64,000 nucleotides of DNA from Myxococcota bacterium. Its GTDB lineage: Bacteria > Myxococcota > UBA4151. This document shows positions 20,909 through 34,085 of this stretch, piece by piece; position 1 is the first letter of the stretch, and every line of letters starts with the position of its first letter. The position numbers and the translations under genes are program-made. The stretch spans positions 64,001 through 128,000 of the forward strand of contig JAYZBQ010000048.1 in NCBI GenBank assembly GCA_036338695.1, given 5' to 3'. The notes beneath the pieces are model-generated. The model was not told the DNA's origin, did not search any database, and saw only the letters and a program-made list of their open reading frames with translations.

Positions 20909-22305
20909 AGACCTCACACGCGCTGATCGCAGCGACGTTGATCGGGTGTTTGAGCTGCCAGTATGAGCTACCCTCGCGCCCTGTGCTCGGGTATGAGTTT
21001 GATGACGCCGCCTGCTCGGATGGCGTCGACAACGACCAAGACCAGCTGACCGACTGCGAAGACCCTGATTGCTTGGTTGGCTCCACCCACTGCGGCGAGC
21101 AGGTGCCGGTCATCCCGGACGGCAGGCCGGAGCGCGGCTTGCTCTGCCGAGATCAGATCGACAACGATGAGAACGGGCAATTCGACTGCGGGGACCCAGC
21201 GTGCCGAGAGCAGCTCGAGAACTGCTGCGTGCTCGAATTCTCGGATGAAACCTGCTCGGACGGGATCGACAACGACCAGAACGGTTTTGCCGACTGCGAA
21301 GACTTCTCCTGCCGCCAGGGGATCTTTGTGACGGTGTGCTTCGAAGGGGATCGTACGACCTGCAGCGACGGGCGCGACAACGACGGCGACGGCGACATCG
21401 ACTGCGCGGACTCATCGTGCAGCCGAGAGCCGACCTGCTCGGACTCCTGCGAGGGGCTCGAAGAGGGCGCCGAGGACACCTTGGCGCGCTGCACGGACGG
21501 CTGCGACAACGACGGCAACGGCTACACCGACTGCGACGACCGCAGCTGTGCGCTCAGCCAGGACCCCGCCGTGGTCCAAGCCTGCACGCCAGACCGTGGC
21601 CCTGAGAACACCCTGGCGCGCTGCACCGACGGCGCCGACAACGACGACAACGGCTTTGTTGACTGCAATGACTTTGGCTGCACTCGGAGCCAGGACCAAG
21701 CGATCTTGGACTACTGCGCTGAGCGCATGGAGAACACCCTCGAGCGCTGCGGCGACGGCGTTGACAATGACGACAACGGCTACGTCGACTGCAACGATTT
21801 TAGCTGCTCACGCAGCGACGACCCCGCCATTTTGGCGCTCTGCGCTGCCAGCGCCGAAGACACGGTCGAGCGCTGCTCGGATGGCGAAGACAACGACGGC
21901 AATGGGTTCATCGACTGCAATGACTTCAGCTGTTCGCAGTCGGACAACCCGGACGTGCTGGCGCTGTGTGGGACACCAGAGGGTGGCGGAGTCGACCCCG
22001 AAGCGGCCAGAGCCTCTTGCTCGGATGGGATTGACAACGACGGCAACGGCTACGTCGACTGCGCCGACTACAACTGCCGCAACGCCGAGGATGCGTTCGT
22101 ACGACAAGCCTGCCAAGAGTCGGTCTACCGCCCTGAGTTTGGTGGGATCGTGGCAGGCGCCCAAGAAGCGGCTAAGGCGAACGGCTTTTGCGAAGATGGA
22201 TTAGACAATGATGGAGATGGGTACACCGACTGCGCCGACTGGGACTGCAGCTGGAACCCGCTCGTGACGGTCTGTGACGGACCGAAAATCTGCGAGGAAC
22301 GCTGA
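20905..22305 (+). CDS. Lipoprotein with 10 Asp/Cys-rich putative Ca-binding repeats
   Basis: Lipobox-like CLSC and 10 copies of CxDGxDNDxxGxxDCxDxxC. ATGA-coupled to the nuclease gene. Confidence 0.85.
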   Translation: MKTSHALIAATLIGCLSCQYELPSRPVLGYEFDDAACSDGVDNDQDQLTDCEDPDCLVGSTHCGEQVPVIPDGRPERGLLCRDQIDNDENGQFDCGDPACREQLENCCVLEFSDETCSDGIDNDQNGFADCEDFSCRQGIFVTVCFEGDRTTCSDGRDNDGDGDIDCADSSCSREPTCSDSCEGLEEGAEDTLARCTDGCDNDGNGYTDCDDRSCALSQDPAVVQACTPDRGPENTLARCTDGADNDDNGFVDCNDFGCTRSQDQAILDYCAERMENTLERCGDGVDNDDNGYVDCNDFSCSRSDDPAILALCAASAEDTVERCSDGEDNDGNGFIDCNDFSCSQSDNPDVLALCGTPEGGGVDPEAARASCSDGIDNDGNGYVDCADYNCRNAEDAFVRQACQESVYRPEFGGIVAGAQEAAKANGFCEDGLDNDGDGYTDCADWDCSWNPLVTVCDGPKICEER

Positions 22306-23819
22306 TGAAACTTTGGATGCTGCTGTTCGCCCTCATCGCGAGCCCAGCGTGGGCGGCGGAGACCGTCTGCGACGACGGTCAAGACAACGACGCCGACTCG
22401 ATGATGGACTGCGCCGACAAAGACTGTGCGCAGGCGCCAAACTGCCAGCCTAGCGGCGTCGCCGAGAACTCCGACGCGCTCTGTTCAGACTGGGTCGACA
22501 ACGACGGCAACGGGCAAATGGACTGCGACGACGTCGCCTGCTTTGGCGCAGGGATCAGCGCCTGCCAAGGCAGCTTCGAGCGCAAAGCGGGGGTCCCCGT
22601 CCGGGTCGCTACACCCGCCCCGGCGACGACTCAAGCGCCCGCGCAGCAGCAGCCCAGCAGCGCACCGAGCGAGGCCGATCTACGCGCCAACGACAACGAC
22701 GGTGAGCGCAACGACCTGCTCTGCTCAGATGGGATCGATAATGACGGCGACGGCGCCGTGGACTGTGCGGACTACGGCTGCCGCTTTGACCCTACCGTGA
22801 CCATCTGTCAGGGGGCGCCGAGTATGCGCTTCTCGATCGTGGGGAACTTGGCGCAAAGCTACGACTTTGAGGAGAGCCAGGTCGACACCCGCTTCACCAA
22901 GCTGCAGCTGCGAAGCTTTGGTCCCATCCCGCTCATCCAAAACAGCTTCTACCTGGTCTCGATGCGCGCCGAGAAGACGCCGCGGCTGACCTTTGCGCTC
23001 TTTCAGGTTCCCTTGGGCGGTGGTCACTACCTTAACTTGAACTCCGGCGGCGGCGGGCTCTCCAACGCGCTCGTGGTCTCGACCGCCAAGCAGCTGCTCG
23101 GCGACCCAGCGTATTATCTCTACTCGGCCTTTGAACAAGGCAACGGCGCGGCCGCAGAGCTGGGCGGGCCGGTCCCCTTTCTCCCAGCAGGCCGCTTCAA
23201 CTATCGCCTGTTTGCGGCGGGGGGCTCGGGTCGCTTCTCCGGCAACATCGGCGGCCGCTACTTCACCTATGAGAACACCAACTACACCTACTCGGTGGGC
23301 GGCCAAATCGGCGCCAATCTGATCGGCTTTACCAGCCGCTGGGACTCCCCGTTCTTGCTCTCGCCGACGCCCACCGCCGTGGCGGTCCGGCTCGGCGCCA
23401 AATACGACCAACGGGCGCAGGAGCGCTACCCTGCGATCAACGCAGGGCTCACCGCACGCCATGGCCGCTTTGTGTTCTCATTCGAGGACTACTACAAACG
23501 CGAGCTCAACTTCGGCTCCATCCAGAACGCTTACAACGTCACCCTCGGCGCGCTCGTCATCAAAAAGAAGCTCATGGTGGCGGCTGACTTCGGTCAATTC
23601 CTAGCCTCGGACTTCACCAACCCACCCGAGCAGCTCCAGACGGATCTGAAGAAGATCCGTGACGAGACGCAGTGGCGCGCGGCGCTTCATTACTACTTCC
23701 GTGGGAATATTGGTCTGCTCAGCTTGATCTACTCTGATCATTACCTCGCAGCCAACGAGGCGGGTAAAGACAACGAGCGCAAACACAGCATCAAGCTCGT
23801 CGCTCAATACCGCTTCTAG
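22305..23819 (+). CDS. Predicted outer-membrane beta-barrel protein with 3 N-terminal Asp/Cys repeats
   Basis: Signal peptide AWA-AE, 3 CxDxxDND repeats, aromatic alternating strands and a C-terminal beta-signal LVAQYRF. Confidence 0.72.
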   Translation: MKLWMLLFALIASPAWAAETVCDDGQDNDADSMMDCADKDCAQAPNCQPSGVAENSDALCSDWVDNDGNGQMDCDDVACFGAGISACQGSFERKAGVPVRVATPAPATTQAPAQQQPSSAPSEADLRANDNDGERNDLLCSDGIDNDGDGAVDCADYGCRFDPTVTICQGAPSMRFSIVGNLAQSYDFEESQVDTRFTKLQLRSFGPIPLIQNSFYLVSMRAEKTPRLTFALFQVPLGGGHYLNLNSGGGGLSNALVVSTAKQLLGDPAYYLYSAFEQGNGAAAELGGPVPFLPAGRFNYRLFAAGGSGRFSGNIGGRYFTYENTNYTYSVGGQIGANLIGFTSRWDSPFLLSPTPTAVAVRLGAKYDQRAQERYPAINAGLTARHGRFVFSFEDYYKRELNFGSIQNAYNVTLGALVIKKKLMVAADFGQFLASDFTNPPEQLQTDLKKIRDETQWRAALHYYFRGNIGLLSLIYSDHYLAANEAGKDNERKHSIKLVAQYRF

Positions 23820-23846
23820 CGCCTTCACTTAGGACCGACCGCTACG

Positions 23847-27441
<3,595 letters not shown>

Positions 27442-27449
<8 letters not shown>

Positions 27450-28227
27450 AGGCTGCGTCCCAGCTCATGCGCTCGACCGCATGAATGGGCTGCGTGAAGA
27501 TGCGCTCAACGATGGGCATCGACAGCTCAGGTGAATCACTAAACGCAAGGCGGCAGTGACCTGCTCGCTCGGGCACCGTCTCTGGCGGGATCATCGCCGC
27601 AACGGCATCGCTCGAGTCGATCACGGTCACCGTCTGGCCGACATGGCGCTGCAAGAGGTCGTGAATCAAGGGATAGTGAGTGCAACCAAGGATCAACCGA
27701 TCATAGTCAAACCCGTCCAGCTCAGCGAGGTAGGTCTCGACGGCGGCGTGGATAGCCGGGTGGTCGTACCAGCCCTCCTCGATCATCGGCGCGAGTAAGG
27801 GGCACGCAACCTGACGCACAGAGGTCTCCGGCGCCACCGCATGAAGCGCGCGATGATACGCCGCCGAGGCCACGGTCCCGCGCGTGGCGAGCACAGCGAC
27901 GCCCGAGGTGCCGCCGCCGCGCTGCGCGGCCTGAGCGCCTGCTCGCACTACCCCGTAGACTGGGCGCCCCTTCGCCAGCTCAACGACCGCCTCCGACCCA
28001 TAGGCAGACGCCGTATTGCAGGCGATCACGAGCTGCTCACAGCCACGGTCTAAAAGCCAGCGAGCGCAATCGGTTGCGTAACGCGCAACCGTCTCTGCGC
28101 TGCGGCTGCCGTAGGGGACGCGCGCGGTGTCGCCTAGATACAACAAGTCGGCCCTTGGGAAAGCTTTGCGCAGCGCCGACAAGACCGTCAGCCCACCGAC
28201 GCCCGAATCAAAAACTCCGATCGTCAT
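27442..28227 (-). CDS. murI: Glutamate racemase
   Basis: [26 protein letters not shown] and LGCTHYP. ATGA-coupled start at 28227. Confidence 0.96.
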
Positions 28228-29141
28228 CGCTGCTCCAACACCAACGGCGGCATCACCCGAGTGGGCACATAACGCAGCGTATAGGCTCCGCTGTAAAGGA
28301 TCTGATCGCCCTGCAGCCCTTCGACCACGAGATCCACCGTGCCGGCAGAGGCGATCACCCGACGCCACTCAGGCAGCTCCTCATCGCAGGCCCGCCGGAA
28401 CTCGACCTGACGCGTCAGCCCGTGCTGGCGCGCCCGGAGCGACACCTCCGATAACCCCACCTCAGCGCAGCTGACCGCGCTGCCATCGAGCCGCCGAAAG
28501 AGGACCTCAACTCGCCCCTGTGGGCTCTGGGCGGACACGAGATCAAGCCGGGAGGGCTCATCGCCGACGGGAAGTCGAGCCCCAGGCTCGACGGCGCGCA
28601 CCGACTTTTGCCGGCCCAGCACAATGCCCTCAACACTGCGCGCCTCAACCTGTATCTGCCACGTGCCTGGCCAAAGATGCTCGAGCAGCAGATCACCCGA
28701 CTGGCGGCATGGGATCTGACGTGTCTCTTCATCGCCCCAAGGGCGTGTCAGCGTCACGTAGTAGCGGTCGATACCCACCGCCTCACAGCCCGCAACACCC
28801 CCTAAGTGCGGCCAAAGCCAGAGCGCGCCGCGCGCCCCGGGCTCGGCCTGCATCACCACCACGGCTCCCACCGGCGCCGTACCTGTGGCGACCGCGCGCT
28901 CGGCGCGATCAAACAAGGTGGCGCGCACGGTCCGCTCACCCGCTGGCAGCTCCAGCCGGATCAGCTCGGTTTGTTCGCACGGCCCGTGGACGAGCTCACC
29001 CAGACCGCCGGCCTCCACCACGACGCGCGCGCCGCCGAGCTCCTGGCAGCTGCTGCGCGCAAGGCGCCAGCGAAGAGTGGTCTCCACCGTCTCAGGGGCT
29101 GCGCCGCACGCCGTCAGTGCGCCAAGCAGGAGCGCCCTCAA
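28224..29141 (-). CDS. Hypothetical lipoprotein with three internal Cys-pair domains
   Basis: Lipobox LTAC. Overlaps ugd and murI by 4 bp each. Confidence 0.72.
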   Translation of the reverse strand: MRALLLGALTACGAAPETVETTLRWRLARSSCQELGGARVVVEAGGLGELVHGPCEQTELIRLELPAGERTVRATLFDRAERAVATGTAPVGAVVVMQAEPGARGALWLWPHLGGVAGCEAVGIDRYYVTLTRPWGDEETRQIPCRQSGDLLLEHLWPGTWQIQVEARSVEGIVLGRQKSVRAVEPGARLPVGDEPSRLDLVSAQSPQGRVEVLFRRLDGSAVSCAEVGLSEVSLRARQHGLTRQVEFRRACDEELPEWRRVIASAGTVDLVVEGLQGDQILYSGAYTLRYVPTRVMPPLVLEQR

Positions 29142-30442
29142 CGCCCGCGACCGATGCCGCAGTACCGCAAACCAGCGTCGCGAACTTCTTGCGGCGCCAG
29201 CAGGTTCCGACCGTCAAAAATCCAGTCGCCCGCGAGCGCCTGCCGCACCCGTTTTAATGAGGGGCTCCGATAGTCGTTCCAGTCCGTGCAGATCAGCAGC
29301 GCATCGCAGCCCTCAAGGGCTTCATACATCCCGTCCGCAAAGGTGACACCGTCGAGACCCAGCGCCTCAGCTGCCGGGCGCGCAACCGGGTCATGCGCCA
29401 CGACCGTGGCGCCGGCGTGGGTCAGCTCCGCGATCGTGTACAAGGAAGGCGCCTCGCGCAGGTCATCGGTATTGGCTTTAAAGGCGAGCCCCCACAGCGC
29501 GAACCGCTTTCCGCTGAGGTCTCCTTCAAAAACCTGCGCGGCGCGGCGCACGAGTACGGTGCGCTGATGGGCGTTGACGCGCTCGACCGCCTCGACCACC
29601 TCAAGGGGCGCGCCGACCGAGCGCGCCGTGCTCGCCAAGGCTTTGACATCTTTGGGAAAACACGAACCACCGTAGCCACACCCTGGGAACAAGAAGTGGG
29701 GACCAATCCGGCGGTCCGATCCCATACCGTAGCGTACATCGCTGATGTCTGCGCCGAGCTCATCGCATAGGTTTGCGAGCTCATTCATAAAGCTGATCCG
29801 GGTCGCTAACATAGCGTTTGAGGCATACTTGGTCAGCTCGGCGCTGCGCACGCTCATGCTCAGGACGCGCCGCTCGCGCCGGTTGAAGGGCGCGTAGAGC
29901 CGCTCAAGCTGCGCCTGACTCGTCGCATCGTCGCAGCCGATAATGATCCGGTCTGGCTTTTGAAAATCGGCGATCGCTGCCCCCTCTTTTAAGAACTCAG
30001 GGTTCGACGCCACGCGGTGCGCCAGCGCCGAGTGCTCCTTGAGCACCGCGCGGATCTGGTCGGCTGTGCCGACGGGGACCGTTGATTTGGTGACGATTAG
30101 CTTCTCGCTGCTCGCCTGCTCAGCGATCGAGCGAGCGACCGCGAGCACGTGGCTTAGGTCCGCTGAGCCGTCCTCATCCTCCGGGGTCCCGACGGCGATA
30201 AAAACCACCTCACTCGAACTTAAAGCGGCGGATAAATCCGTGGTAAAAGAAAGGCGACCTTTGCGTCGGTTGCGCTCGATCAGCGCCTCCAACCCCGGCT
30301 CATAGATGGGCACGCCGCCTGCGTTGAGCAGGTCGATTTTCGCCTGGCTGACGTCCACGCAGACCACTTGGTTTCCGGCGTCTGACAGGCAAGCGCCTGC
30401 GACCAAGCCTACGTAGCCGCTCCCGATGACCGCAAGTTCCAT
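29138..30442 (-). CDS. ugd: UDP-glucose 6-dehydrogenase
   Basis: GSGYVG, PIYEPGL, NPEFLKEG, GYGGSCFPKD and GLAFKANTDD. Confidence 0.96.
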   Translation of the reverse strand: MELAVIGSGYVGLVAGACLSDAGNQVVCVDVSQAKIDLLNAGGVPIYEPGLEALIERNRRKGRLSFTTDLSAALSSSEVVFIAVGTPEDEDGSADLSHVLAVARSIAEQASSEKLIVTKSTVPVGTADQIRAVLKEHSALAHRVASNPEFLKEGAAIADFQKPDRIIIGCDDATSQAQLERLYAPFNRRERRVLSMSVRSAELTKYASNAMLATRISFMNELANLCDELGADISDVRYGMGSDRRIGPHFLFPGCGYGGSCFPKDVKALASTARSVGAPLEVVEAVERVNAHQRTVLVRRAAQVFEGDLSGKRFALWGLAFKANTDDLREAPSLYTIAELTHAGATVVAHDPVARPAAEALGLDGVTFADGMYEALEGCDALLICTDWNDYRSPSLKRVRQALAGDWIFDGRNLLAPQEVRDAGLRYCGIGRGR

Positions 30443-30494
30443 AAGGGTGTGCTCCGTCCCTCGTTGCGGATAGAGGCCGCAGTGATTTGGCGCA

Positions 30495-30509
30495 AGGCAT
30501 ATGGGTTGC
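30495..30509 (+). promoter_or_regulatory. Candidate sigma-54 -24/-12 promoter for the epimerase gene
   Basis: AGGCATATGGGTTGC gives GG-N10-GC with TTGC, about 60 bp upstream of ATG 30571. Confidence 0.35.
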
Positions 30510-30570
30510 GCCTGAGCCTAATTTAGCACACCACCATGTCGTACCCTCATGGGTGCGCTCGGGGAAACTT

Positions 30571-31542
30571 ATGCGTGTGCTTGTCACCGGCGGCGCCGGA
30601 TTTATCGGATCTCACGTGGTGGAAGCGTTGCTTCGGCGCGGTGATGAGGTGACCGTCGTCGATAACTTCAACAGCTTCTACGACCCAGCGCTCAAGCGGC
30701 GCAACGTCGACGAGATGAAAACCGTCGGACCGGTTCGGCTCCTCGAGGGCGACCTGATGGACGCCGATCTGCGTGCGCGCGCCCTCGACGGCTGCGACGC
30801 GGTGATTCACCTAGCAGCGTGGGCAGGCGTTCGACCATCGATCGAGATGCCGGTGCGCTATGTCGAACAGAACGTGCTGATGCCGACGCTCTTGGTCGAG
30901 AGCATGCGCGCAGCGCAGATCAACCGCTTAGTGTGGGCGAGCTCGTCGAGCGTCTATGGGGAGAACGCACACCCGCCCTTCGCCGAGGACGCCAACATTC
31001 TCGCCCCGGTCAGCCCATACGCTGCGACGAAAGTCAGCGGCGAGGCGCTCGCCGCCTCGTTTGCGCACCTGTACGGGCTCCACATCACGTCGCTTCGGTT
31101 CTTTACCGTCTACGGACCACGACAGCGCCCTGAAATGGCGATCCACAAGTTCGCCCGCCTGCTCAAACAGGGGCGAGCGATACCCCGCTTTGGTGACGGC
31201 TCGACCAGCCGGGACTACACCTACATCGACGACATCGTCGGGGGCGTCCTCGGTGCGCTGGATCACCTCGAGGGCTATCAGGTCTATAACCTGGGCGAGT
31301 CGGACCGTGTCAGCCTGAGCCGCCTGATCGAGCTCTTAGCGCAGACCCTAGAGTGTCCCGCTCAAATCGACGAGCTGCCACGACAGGCGGGTGACGTCAG
31401 CCACACCAACGCAGACATCAACCGGGCGCAGCGCCAGATCGGCTACCGCCCTACCGTCCCGATCGACGAGGGCATCAGGCGCTTTTGTGACTGGTTCGTG
31501 GCGCGCCCTTATCTTTGGCGCGAGGACGGCACCGAGCGCTAG
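30571..31542 (+). CDS. NAD-dependent epimerase (UDP-glucuronate 4-epimerase-like)
   Basis: [28 protein letters not shown] and [15 protein letters not shown]. Confidence 0.92.
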   Translation: MRVLVTGGAGFIGSHVVEALLRRGDEVTVVDNFNSFYDPALKRRNVDEMKTVGPVRLLEGDLMDADLRARALDGCDAVIHLAAWAGVRPSIEMPVRYVEQNVLMPTLLVESMRAAQINRLVWASSSSVYGENAHPPFAEDANILAPVSPYAATKVSGEALAASFAHLYGLHITSLRFFTVYGPRQRPEMAIHKFARLLKQGRAIPRFGDGSTSRDYTYIDDIVGGVLGALDHLEGYQVYNLGESDRVSLSRLIELLAQTLECPAQIDELPRQAGDVSHTNADINRAQRQIGYRPTVPIDEGIRRFCDWFVARPYLWREDGTER

Positions 31543-33041
31543 TCCTCGTCTTCGAGCACGCCCTCCTGACGGACCGCTGCTTTGCTCGAATCTTTCCGCG
31601 CCGCCTCGAGGTCGTCGAGATAGGTCTCGCTGACATCGCCGGTAATATAGCGCCCTGAGAACACCGAGTCTTCGTAGGTCGTCACGTCCGGGTTCCCCTC
31701 GGTCGCTGCGGCTCGTAGGTCATCGAGGTCTTGGTAGATCAACCAGTCAGCGCCGATGATCTCTTGCACCTGCTCGGTGGTTCGACCGTGGGCGATCAAC
31801 TCGCGTGCCGCCGGCATGTCGATCCCGTAGACATTTGGGTAGCGCACGGCCGGTGACGCCGACGCAAAATTGACGCTTTTGGCGCCCGCCTCGCGCGCCA
31901 TGCGGATGATCTCGCTGCACGTCGTGCCGCGTACGATGGAGTCATCGACGAGGAGGACGTTTTTATCACGGAACTCGAGCGAGATCGGGTTGAGCTTCTG
32001 ACGAACCGACTTTTTGCGCACCGCCTGACCGGGCATAATAAAGGTCCTACCAATATATCGGTTCTTGATGAAGCCCTCGCGAAATTTAGCGCCGATGTGA
32101 TAAGCCACCTGGATCGCAGCGGTCCGGCTCGTGTCCGGTACGGGGATCACGACGTCGATTTGGTGGTCGGGTCGCTCGCGCAGGATCTTAGCCGCCAGAT
32201 GATCTCCCATACGCAGGCGACTCTTGTACACCGAGATACCGTCTATGATCGAGTCTGGGCGCGCCAGGTAGACGAACTCGAACAGACAGGGAGCGTGCGC
32301 CCTCGGCGCGCCGAGCTTGCGCCGGTGGAGGCGCTGAGCTCCCACCTCATACACCAGCGCCTCGCCAGGCTGGAGGTCGGACTCAAAGGTAAAGCCGGAG
32401 GCTTCGATCGCAACGGACTCCGAGGCGATCATCAGCTCACGACCACCTTCACCCTCACGAAACCCGTAACAAAGCGGGCGAATCCCGTGCTCATCGCGAA
32501 ACGCGATCAAGCCAAAGCCCGGGATCATCGCCACCGTTGCGTAGGCGCCGCGGCAGCGACGATGAACCCCTTCAACGGCCTGGAAAATATGCTCGGGCGA
32601 CAACTCGTCGATGTCGAGCTTACTCAGCTCGTGCGCCAAGACGTTGAGCAATACCTCGGAGTCCGAGCGCGTGTTCAGGTGCCTGCGGTCCACGGCGAAG
32701 AGTTCGCTTTTGAGCTCCTCGGCGTTTGTCAGGTTGCCGTTGTGCCCGAGGACGATCCCGTAGGGCGAGTTGACATAGAGCGGCTGCGCCTCACTCGTGC
32801 TCGAGGTCCCGGCCGTCGGGTAGCGGACGTGACCGATCCCTAGGTGACCGACCAACTCACGCATGTGGCGGGTCCGAAACACGTCCTTAACCAGACCGTT
32901 ACCCTTGCGCAGGAAAATCCGACTGCCCGCTGTCGTCGCGATGCCCGCGGCGTCTTGTCCGCGGTGCTGAAGGACCGTCAGCGTGTCATAGATCCGAGTG
33001 TTGACAGGCTCTGTGCCGGCGATTCCAACGATTCCGCACAT
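31539..33041 (-). CDS. purF: Amidophosphoribosyltransferase
   Basis: N-terminal [22 protein letters not shown] and [10 protein letters not shown]. Confidence 0.97.
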   Translation of the reverse strand: MCGIVGIAGTEPVNTRIYDTLTVLQHRGQDAAGIATTAGSRIFLRKGNGLVKDVFRTRHMRELVGHLGIGHVRYPTAGTSSTSEAQPLYVNSPYGIVLGHNGNLTNAEELKSELFAVDRRHLNTRSDSEVLLNVLAHELSKLDIDELSPEHIFQAVEGVHRRCRGAYATVAMIPGFGLIAFRDEHGIRPLCYGFREGEGGRELMIASESVAIEASGFTFESDLQPGEALVYEVGAQRLHRRKLGAPRAHAPCLFEFVYLARPDSIIDGISVYKSRLRMGDHLAAKILRERPDHQIDVVIPVPDTSRTAAIQVAYHIGAKFREGFIKNRYIGRTFIMPGQAVRKKSVRQKLNPISLEFRDKNVLLVDDSIVRGTTCSEIIRMAREAGAKSVNFASASPAVRYPNVYGIDMPAARELIAHGRTTEQVQEIIGADWLIYQDLDDLRAAATEGNPDVTTYEDSVFSGRYITGDVSETYLDDLEAARKDSSKAAVRQEGVLEDED

Positions 33042-33116
33042 ACGACGCTCCTTCGCGACAGCGCCCCGGCGCTACCGTGAGTCGCCTGGATGGACAAGAC
33101 CGGTTCGCGCACCTCG

Positions 33117-34085
33117 CTAGCGCCGCACAGGCGGTAGCCCCTGAGGGCTGTAGCCTGGCCCCCTCGGACCGCCCTGCGCCGGCGGCGGCATGGAACCTGA
33201 GCCGGCCCCGGGCATGGCGCGATCATCCTTCGGCTGCTCTCGAATGACCCTCGGTCCGCCCCGACCGGGCGGAGGCGGAGGGGGCGGTCGAAGCGCCATC
33301 AGCTCACGAAGCTTCATCGAGAAGTCCATGCTCAACATGCTGCCTTGAACCCGGTATGAGAGCGCCTGACCGAGCTTCATCGAGGAGGGATGGTTTGAGT
33401 TCATCAACCCAAGGCTGACCATCAACTTGATCCCGTTCGCAGCGTCTGGGTGACGCGTCCGCAGACGCATCTTCAGCTTGAGGACCTCGCCTTCGAGCCA
33501 CCCCTTGACCTGCATCTCATGAATCTCCGCCAGCGGAGACCCCTGCTTTTGTTGCATGATGGCACGCCGAGCCTGAGAGGTTGATCGGACCCGTAGCCAC
33601 GCCTTGGCGCCCCGTAGAAACGGCGGGAGTTTCCTCAGCGGGTCAAGCTGACCTTTCAGCGCTTTCTCGACGGTGGAGCGATAGCCGGCGTGGATGACGC
33701 CCGGCGATTCGATCGCAAACATCGGGCTGTTGGCGCCGCCCACATACGCTGTTTTCCCCGCTATCTTGGTCCGCTTGATCGCCGTCGAGTCTTTATTTTT
33801 TGCCCACGAGCTGTGGATGCGCTTGGGCTTAAACCGCCCTTTGAGCGTGACCAAGGGCTCAGGTGGCACGTCGAGATTGACAGGCTGCGTCATCCGAAAC
33901 CGGACCTGATCCAAGTCCTTGAGCGGGCGAAACCCGGTCTCACTCAGGAAGTTTTTGAGCTCTTTCGGCGCCGTCTCGAGAAACTGGACGACCGCCTTCT
34001 TGACCGCTCTTTGCGCCCGAAACTGATCCGCCTTGATCTCACCGTCGACAATAAAAACGGCGGTTGCGAGCATCAGAGAGTTCAT
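33117..34085 (-). CDS. Hypothetical basic protein with Pro/Gly-rich C-terminal tail
   Basis: ATGA-coupled to the upstream mutase gene. Lys-rich body and PPPPPPP tail. Confidence 0.65.
   Translation of the reverse strand: MNSLMLATAVFIVDGEIKADQFRAQRAVKKAVVQFLETAPKELKNFLSETGFRPLKDLDQVRFRMTQPVNLDVPPEPLVTLKGRFKPKRIHSSWAKNKDSTAIKRTKIAGKTAYVGGANSPMFAIESPGVIHAGYRSTVEKALKGQLDPLRKLPPFLRGAKAWLRVRSTSQARRAIMQQKQGSPLAEIHEMQVKGWLEGEVLKLKMRLRTRHPDAANGIKLMVSLGLMNSNHPSSMKLGQALSYRVQGSMLSMDFSMKLRELMALRPPPPPPPGRGGPRVIREQPKDDRAMPGAGSGSMPPPAQGGPRGPGYSPQGLPPVRR

Noticed and set aside
23820..23846. Cobalamin or SAM riboswitch upstream of metH
   Set aside because: The intergenic gap is only 27 bp.
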